This document shows, piece after piece, positions 18,831 through 23,686 of a stretch of 23,686 nt of DNA. The position numbers were made by a program, and so were the translations under genes. Each line of letters begins with the position of its first letter. Position 1 is the first letter of the stretch. The DNA comes from Ascoidea asiatica JCM 7603 (Eukaryota; Fungi; Ascomycota), in the NCBI GenBank assembly GCA_001600695.1, contig BCKQ01000004.1:696595-720280 (forward strand), read 5' to 3'. Under the pieces are notes generated by a model. The model made no database searches. It had not been told where the DNA came from and saw only the letters and a program-made list of their open reading frames with translations.

Positions 18831-19899
18831 ATTAATGATAAAATTTGAAAACAGTCTCAAGTTGGAAAGTCAGAATAACTTGCTAATTTTTAGTCAAGTT
18901 TTCATAATCACAAGAAAAGACAATACAATTCAAAAATCATTGTAATAATAATAATAAGTTGAATCATAATTGAATATTTGAATAGAATAATCAATTGAAC
19001 AATAAATTGAACAAAATTGAGCAAATTTGAACAATAAAAATAAACGATTTACAGATTTTTGTATTCATTTTATCAAGTTGTTTTATTAAAGTAATAATTA
19101 CTTGTATTTATTTATAAAATATCGTAAAAAATTTTATAAATAGATAATAATAAAAAACTCAATAAAAACAATTGAATTAATTGAATAAAAATCCAAAAAG
19201 AGTATAAAAAGCTTCCAATAAATGGAATATAAATTTCAATTTTAAATTTTATTTACAAATTTTTTTTTAAATTAAAAAAATAATTTGCCCTTCTTAACGT
19301 AATATTTTCATTTTGAGGAATAACTTTTTTTACACTTTCAAGGCAAAAAATTTATGTAATGTTACTTAGGTTTTTATAAAAAGAATTAAATCTTATAGAT
19401 TTTATAAAATTCATCAATTGTTTATTTGTATTTCAACCGAGTTTTAATCTTTTAATTATTCTTTTTGAAATATTATTATAAAAAATCGTAAAATTTTAAA
19501 ATCATATTTTATTAATACATTAATTGATTTTCGATAAGTTTAAATCATTACAGAATACATGTATTTACAGTAAACTTTACAATCTTTATTAGTTTTTACA
19601 AACTTTGCGACAAAAATAAAAATAAAAATAAAATAAAATAAAATAAAATAAAATAACAATAAAAAATCAAGGGTGAATGAAATCTCTTGAATATCAATAT
19701 CAAATTCACCAACTCTTTTTGAAAAAACACCTGTTTCTTTCATTTATTCCACATTTGTACAATTGAAATTCTGAATCATTGATGAATCAATTCACTTTTA
19801 GTATCTGATATCAATTGATAAAGGTAAACTTCACAAACTTGACCAATTTCACCAACTTCATGAACTTCATAAGCTCGCCTTCAATAGCACTCTTGAATC

Positions 19900-20090
19900 C
19901 ACTCAATTGACTGTAAATCCTTTCTGGATCCCATGGGCCCTACACGAATCAAATATATTTCAATATTTTATTCATTTACCACCAACGTTGCTCAGTACTT
20001 TTGCTGCTCTCTTCACGCTCCTACGCACGGTAGAAAAGTTTGGTAAACCGCTCCTACACCAAAATTGACTTAAAAAAATAGGTAACGTTA
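19900..20090 (+). promoter_or_regulatory. Probable STE12 proximal promoter patch
   Basis: Last GC-enriched patch before about 1 kb of G-poor, ATG-depleted leader-like sequence; same layout as upstream of PDB1 and CHD1. Confidence 0.4.
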
Positions 20091-21107
20091 TTTATTATTT
20101 ATTTATTATATTGCTTTTATTTAGCATTTATTATTTATTTATCTGGATGTTTATTTCCATATTCTAATTCCATTAATCAAAAATATTATAAACAATAATA
20201 ATACTATTCAATATACAATCAAAGAATCATAATAGAGAATAATAACAAAAAATTGTTTAAAGATTAGTACAATATTCATCATTTTCTAGTATCATAATAT
20301 TTAGTATCTTACTCCATTGGAGAAAATGACATTTTAGATCTTATTAAATACTAAATAACACTAAATAATAATATTACACTCTCTTTTAAAAAATCAATTT
20401 AATCTCATCTAGTATTTTCAATAACAATATCATTATCAATATCAAATAATATTTCTCTATTGTTTTAATCTTTACTGTCAATCTTCCATTCTTTCCTTTA
20501 CTTTTTTTTCTATTAATTTAACTTTTATTTCAATTATCAAATATAAGATACCATAAACTTACGTACTTATTAACACTTTATTAATTAATCTTATTCAAAA
20601 CATTTTTTTAACTCATTTATTGTCTATTCAAATATTTCTTTCTATTTCATTGTATTTCATTTATCCAGTTTTTATTTAATTACCTATAAATTATTATCCA
20701 ATCAATTTCAAATTCATATAAACCCAATAATATCATTGATATCATCAATATAATTGTATTCAATTCAATTTCAATTCATATTTATTTCAATCTCAATTAA
20801 ATAATACTCTAGCTTATTTATTTTATTATTGATTTAATCATTTCCTATATCTCTGACTTTTTCAATAATTTAACAACTTCAAATTTATATCCATAACTAA
20901 ATTTATAAACTCTTATTTTATTTCATTTCAATTCATTTCAACTCATTTGTATTTTAATCCATTACATATATTAATAACAATATAATTAACAACTTCATTA
21001 TCCATATCCATATCTATATCCATACCAATAGCATTAACATTTTCATTAACAGATAAACTAAATATATCAAAGAAAAGTAATAATTTCTATCATAAATTAT
21101 TAAAATT

Positions 21108-23516
21108 ATGAGTAGTACTGAAATTTTATCATCTAATAAAAAATTGTTAGATTCAAACATTTCAACAAAAGATTTAGAAAATAATTTATCTGACGATAAT
21201 AATAATTTAAAAAATTTCTTAAATGATTCTCTAAAATCGAAAAAAATTTTGAAAGATTCAAATTTAAATGTATCAAAAGATTCAATTAATTCAACTAATG
21301 GAATTGATAAATCTAATAAAAATGATCAACAAACTTCAAAAATTTTAGATTCAGATTTTATCTCTAATTCTGATCCAAATTCTGATATTAATTCCAGTTT
21401 AAATGAAAAGGACAATGAAACTAAACAGGAAGAAAATTTACAAGAAGACGATGATAAATTAAAAGCAATTAAAAAAATTAAAACAGATGAAACTAAAAAA
21501 GATGAAATAGAATCTAAAGACGAGTCAGGAAAGCTAGAAGACTCTGTCATTTCTGATAATGATGATTCTAAAAAAAAAGAAAACATTAAAGATCCTAAAG
21601 ATTCAATTGAATCAATTGAACAAAGGATTAGATTAACTGATGATTTGAAATTTTTTTTATTAACATCTCCTGCAAATTGGCAAGCAAATCAAATTATTAG
21701 AAGATACTATTTAAATCATGATGAAGGTTTTATATCTTGTGTATTTTGGAAAAATTTATATTTTATTACTGGTACTGATATTGTTAAATGTTTATTATAC
21801 AGATTTGAACAATTTGGTAGAGAAGTAATTGATAGAAAAAAATTTGAAGAAGGTATATTCTCAGATTTAAGAAATTTGAAATGTGGTACAGATGCAATAC
21901 TTGAACCACCAAAATCTGAATTTTTACAATTTTTATATAAACATTCATGTTTAAGAACTCAAAAAAAACAAAAAGTATTTTTTTGGTTTAGTGTACCACA
22001 TGATAAATTATTTGCTGATGCTCTTGAAAGAGATTTAAAAAGAGAATTTGCTGGTCAAAATCCAACAACAAAATCAAAATATGAACCTGCTTTAAGTTTC
22101 AAATTTGATGAATCAAAATCATTATATGATCAATTAACTACACATTTAGAATCTAAAAAAAGATCTATGAAAAGTTTTCAAAATGATGATGAAGCAAAAT
22201 CTGTAAATCTGCCTTCAAAACAAATTTATCAAACAACTATTAATTTAGCTGGACCTATAAATTCTTATCAAAATAATGATGATAATGATTTCAATACTAA
22301 TAATGGAAATGGCAATAATAATAATATTATGGATCAAGGAAATTATTTTGGTTCGGGAGTAAATTTTAATCAAGAAATAAATAAAGAAAATGAAAAGGAT
22401 TTTCCATTAGATTATATACCACAAGATGATTATATTAATGAAACTATAGCTAATCAATTATTTCCAACACATTTTGATCCTTCAATTCTTTTCAATCCTC
22501 CAGAAAATTCTGATTTTCTTTCAAATGGATTTTTAATTGATCAATCTTCACCATTTATCCCAACACTAGGTTCATTAACATCAATGCCTCCACCAATTTC
22601 ACATTCAAATCCTTTATCTCAAAATACTTTAATTAATCCTGGAATTTCAAATAATTTACAACCTATTCAAACTCCACAACCAATTATTGATCATAATAGA
22701 TCAGTTCCATTATCATCATCCTCGCCAATAATAAATACACAAGAAAATTCAGAGTCAATTCATGCACAAACAATGAATACTGCTAATAATAATAACAACA
22801 ACAATAATAATAACAATTTATATGATTTTCCATTTGGAAATTCATTACAACAACTTCAACAACAGCAACAAGATATTGCACAAGAAAATTATTTAAATGC
22901 ATTAAATGCAATGACAAGTTTACCGCATCAATATTCTAATTTTATTTCACCATCAACAGATTTAACTAATAATTTAATTTCTCAACAACTTGCACAATCT
23001 TTACCAATTTATTCAAATTTTGGAAATGATCCAAATAATTTGATGGCATCACTTGCATATCAACAACAAACACAATTATTGAATCCACAGTTTGCTTATC
23101 AACAAGCATTAATGAGTAACCCTGTTGCTTTTAATACATTTCAGCAGCAGCAACAACAACAACTTCAGCAGCAGTTTCAACAGCAACAACAACACCAGGT
23201 ACTTGCTCAACAAAATCAGGGATTTCCGGTTACTCCAAATCTGGTAAATACAGAAATGTTAAGAAATCAAATCAATAAAAATCTTGCAATTCATCAACAA
23301 AAGTCACAAAATTTAATTCATAAAGGTAGAATTGAAAAACCAAGTTTACATTTAAAAAGACCAGAAAAATCATTCAGTTCAAATCATAATATTATCTTAA
23401 ATCAAGAAACAAATTTCAATGAAATCAGTGGAAATTCAATTGAAAAAAGAACAGGAACAGTAACTGATCAAGATTTTAAACCTATTGCAACTCCAGAATC
23501 ATCAAATTCTGTATAA
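21108..23516 (+). CDS. STE12: Ste12/Cph1 transcription factor
   Basis: STE domain LKFFL.T.P.NW...Q.IRRYYLN..EGF.SCVFW..LY.ITGTDIV...KKFEEGIFSDLRNLKCG.DA.LE.PKS...CLRTQKKQKVFFWF.VPHDKLFADALERDLKRE. Yeast-type DFPLDY motif, no C2H2 fingers, N/Q-rich C-terminus. Confidence 0.98.
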   Translation: MSSTEILSSNKKLLDSNISTKDLENNLSDDNNNLKNFLNDSLKSKKILKDSNLNVSKDSINSTNGIDKSNKNDQQTSKILDSDFISNSDPNSDINSSLNEKDNETKQEENLQEDDDKLKAIKKIKTDETKKDEIESKDESGKLEDSVISDNDDSKKKENIKDPKDSIESIEQRIRLTDDLKFFLLTSPANWQANQIIRRYYLNHDEGFISCVFWKNLYFITGTDIVKCLLYRFEQFGREVIDRKKFEEGIFSDLRNLKCGTDAILEPPKSEFLQFLYKHSCLRTQKKQKVFFWFSVPHDKLFADALERDLKREFAGQNPTTKSKYEPALSFKFDESKSLYDQLTTHLESKKRSMKSFQNDDEAKSVNLPSKQIYQTTINLAGPINSYQNNDDNDFNTNNGNGNNNNIMDQGNYFGSGVNFNQEINKENEKDFPLDYIPQDDYINETIANQLFPTHFDPSILFNPPENSDFLSNGFLIDQSSPFIPTLGSLTSMPPPISHSNPLSQNTLINPGISNNLQPIQTPQPIIDHNRSVPLSSSSPIINTQENSESIHAQTMNTANNNNNNNNNNNLYDFPFGNSLQQLQQQQQDIAQENYLNALNAMTSLPHQYSNFISPSTDLTNNLISQQLAQSLPIYSNFGNDPNNLMASLAYQQQTQLLNPQFAYQQALMSNPVAFNTFQQQQQQQLQQQFQQQQQHQVLAQQNQGFPVTPNLVNTEMLRNQINKNLAIHQQKSQNLIHKGRIEKPSLHLKRPEKSFSSNHNIILNQETNFNEISGNSIEKRTGTVTDQDFKPIATPESSNSV

Positions 23517-23686
23517 TATAAAAATATACATTTACAATATCACACTGTCAAATGTTATAATATAAAAATCATAAATTTAAATTGAAATTATTGGTAAAGG
23601 ATATTTTTAAAACACTAATTTCACTATTGCTTTTTATGTTTTATAATTATGTTATTTACTCATGCCTCATTTGTTTTTCTCTTTTT

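Noticed and set aside
8640-19000. Hidden a-factor pheromone gene (CaaX-stop micro-ORF), e.g. CVIV near 8655-8703 (-) and KDN near 18916
   Set aside because: No candidate has CaaX directly followed by a stop within an ATG-initiated frame.
16037-19743. Short ORFs 16037, 16141, 18149, 18352, 18539 and 19540
   Set aside because: No recognisable motifs, mostly non-ATG starts. The hydrophobic stretch in 19540-19743 comes from a (TAAAA)n repeat.
1477-21586. Shadow ORFs overlapping real genes (1477, 3583, 6411, 6775, 8838, 13347, 13804, 21326)
   Set aside because: Antisense or alternate-frame artefacts of biased codon usage.
1-23686. tRNA, snRNA, RNase P/MRP, SRP RNA, CRISPR
   Set aside because: No T-loop GGTTCGA, snRNA or P4 signatures, or repeat-spacer arrays seen by eye. 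snoRNAs cannot be excluded without Infernal.

Overview
Gene-dense, extremely AT-rich window from a budding yeast (Saccharomycotina) nuclear genome. It is probably not Saccharomyces, since it has an intronless UBC13 and keeps a GMPPA/PSA2-type gene. Nine intronless CDS are supported: an ATO/ADY2 (GPR1/FUN34/YaaH) transporter (-), SOH1/MED31 (-), DUO1 (+), PDB1 (+), a GMPPA/PSA2-like guanylyltransferase (-), an unknown 81-aa membrane microprotein (-), UBC13 (+), CHD1 (-) and STE12/CPH1 (+). Promoters stand out as sharp GC-rich islands (about 60% GC by hand count) packed with TF-like motifs, and short tandem duplications are frequent. The strongest non-obvious signal is two ORF-less AT-rich tracts (about 1-910 and 16455-17620). 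Both carry collinear, roughly correctly spaced but heavily decayed motifs of L1-clade non-LTR retrotransposon reverse transcriptase, suggesting fossil LINEs. This was matched by eye against remembered consensus and needs a profile search. Also noted: an orphan regulatory module with no gene in the 5.6-kb CHD1-STE12 interval, ATG-free leaders of about 0.7-0.8 kb on both CHD1 and STE12, a large acidic insertion in Chd1 chromodomain 1, and an inverted repeat that gives SOH1 and DUO1 the same N-terminus. No tRNA, rRNA, snRNA or CRISPR signature was seen.
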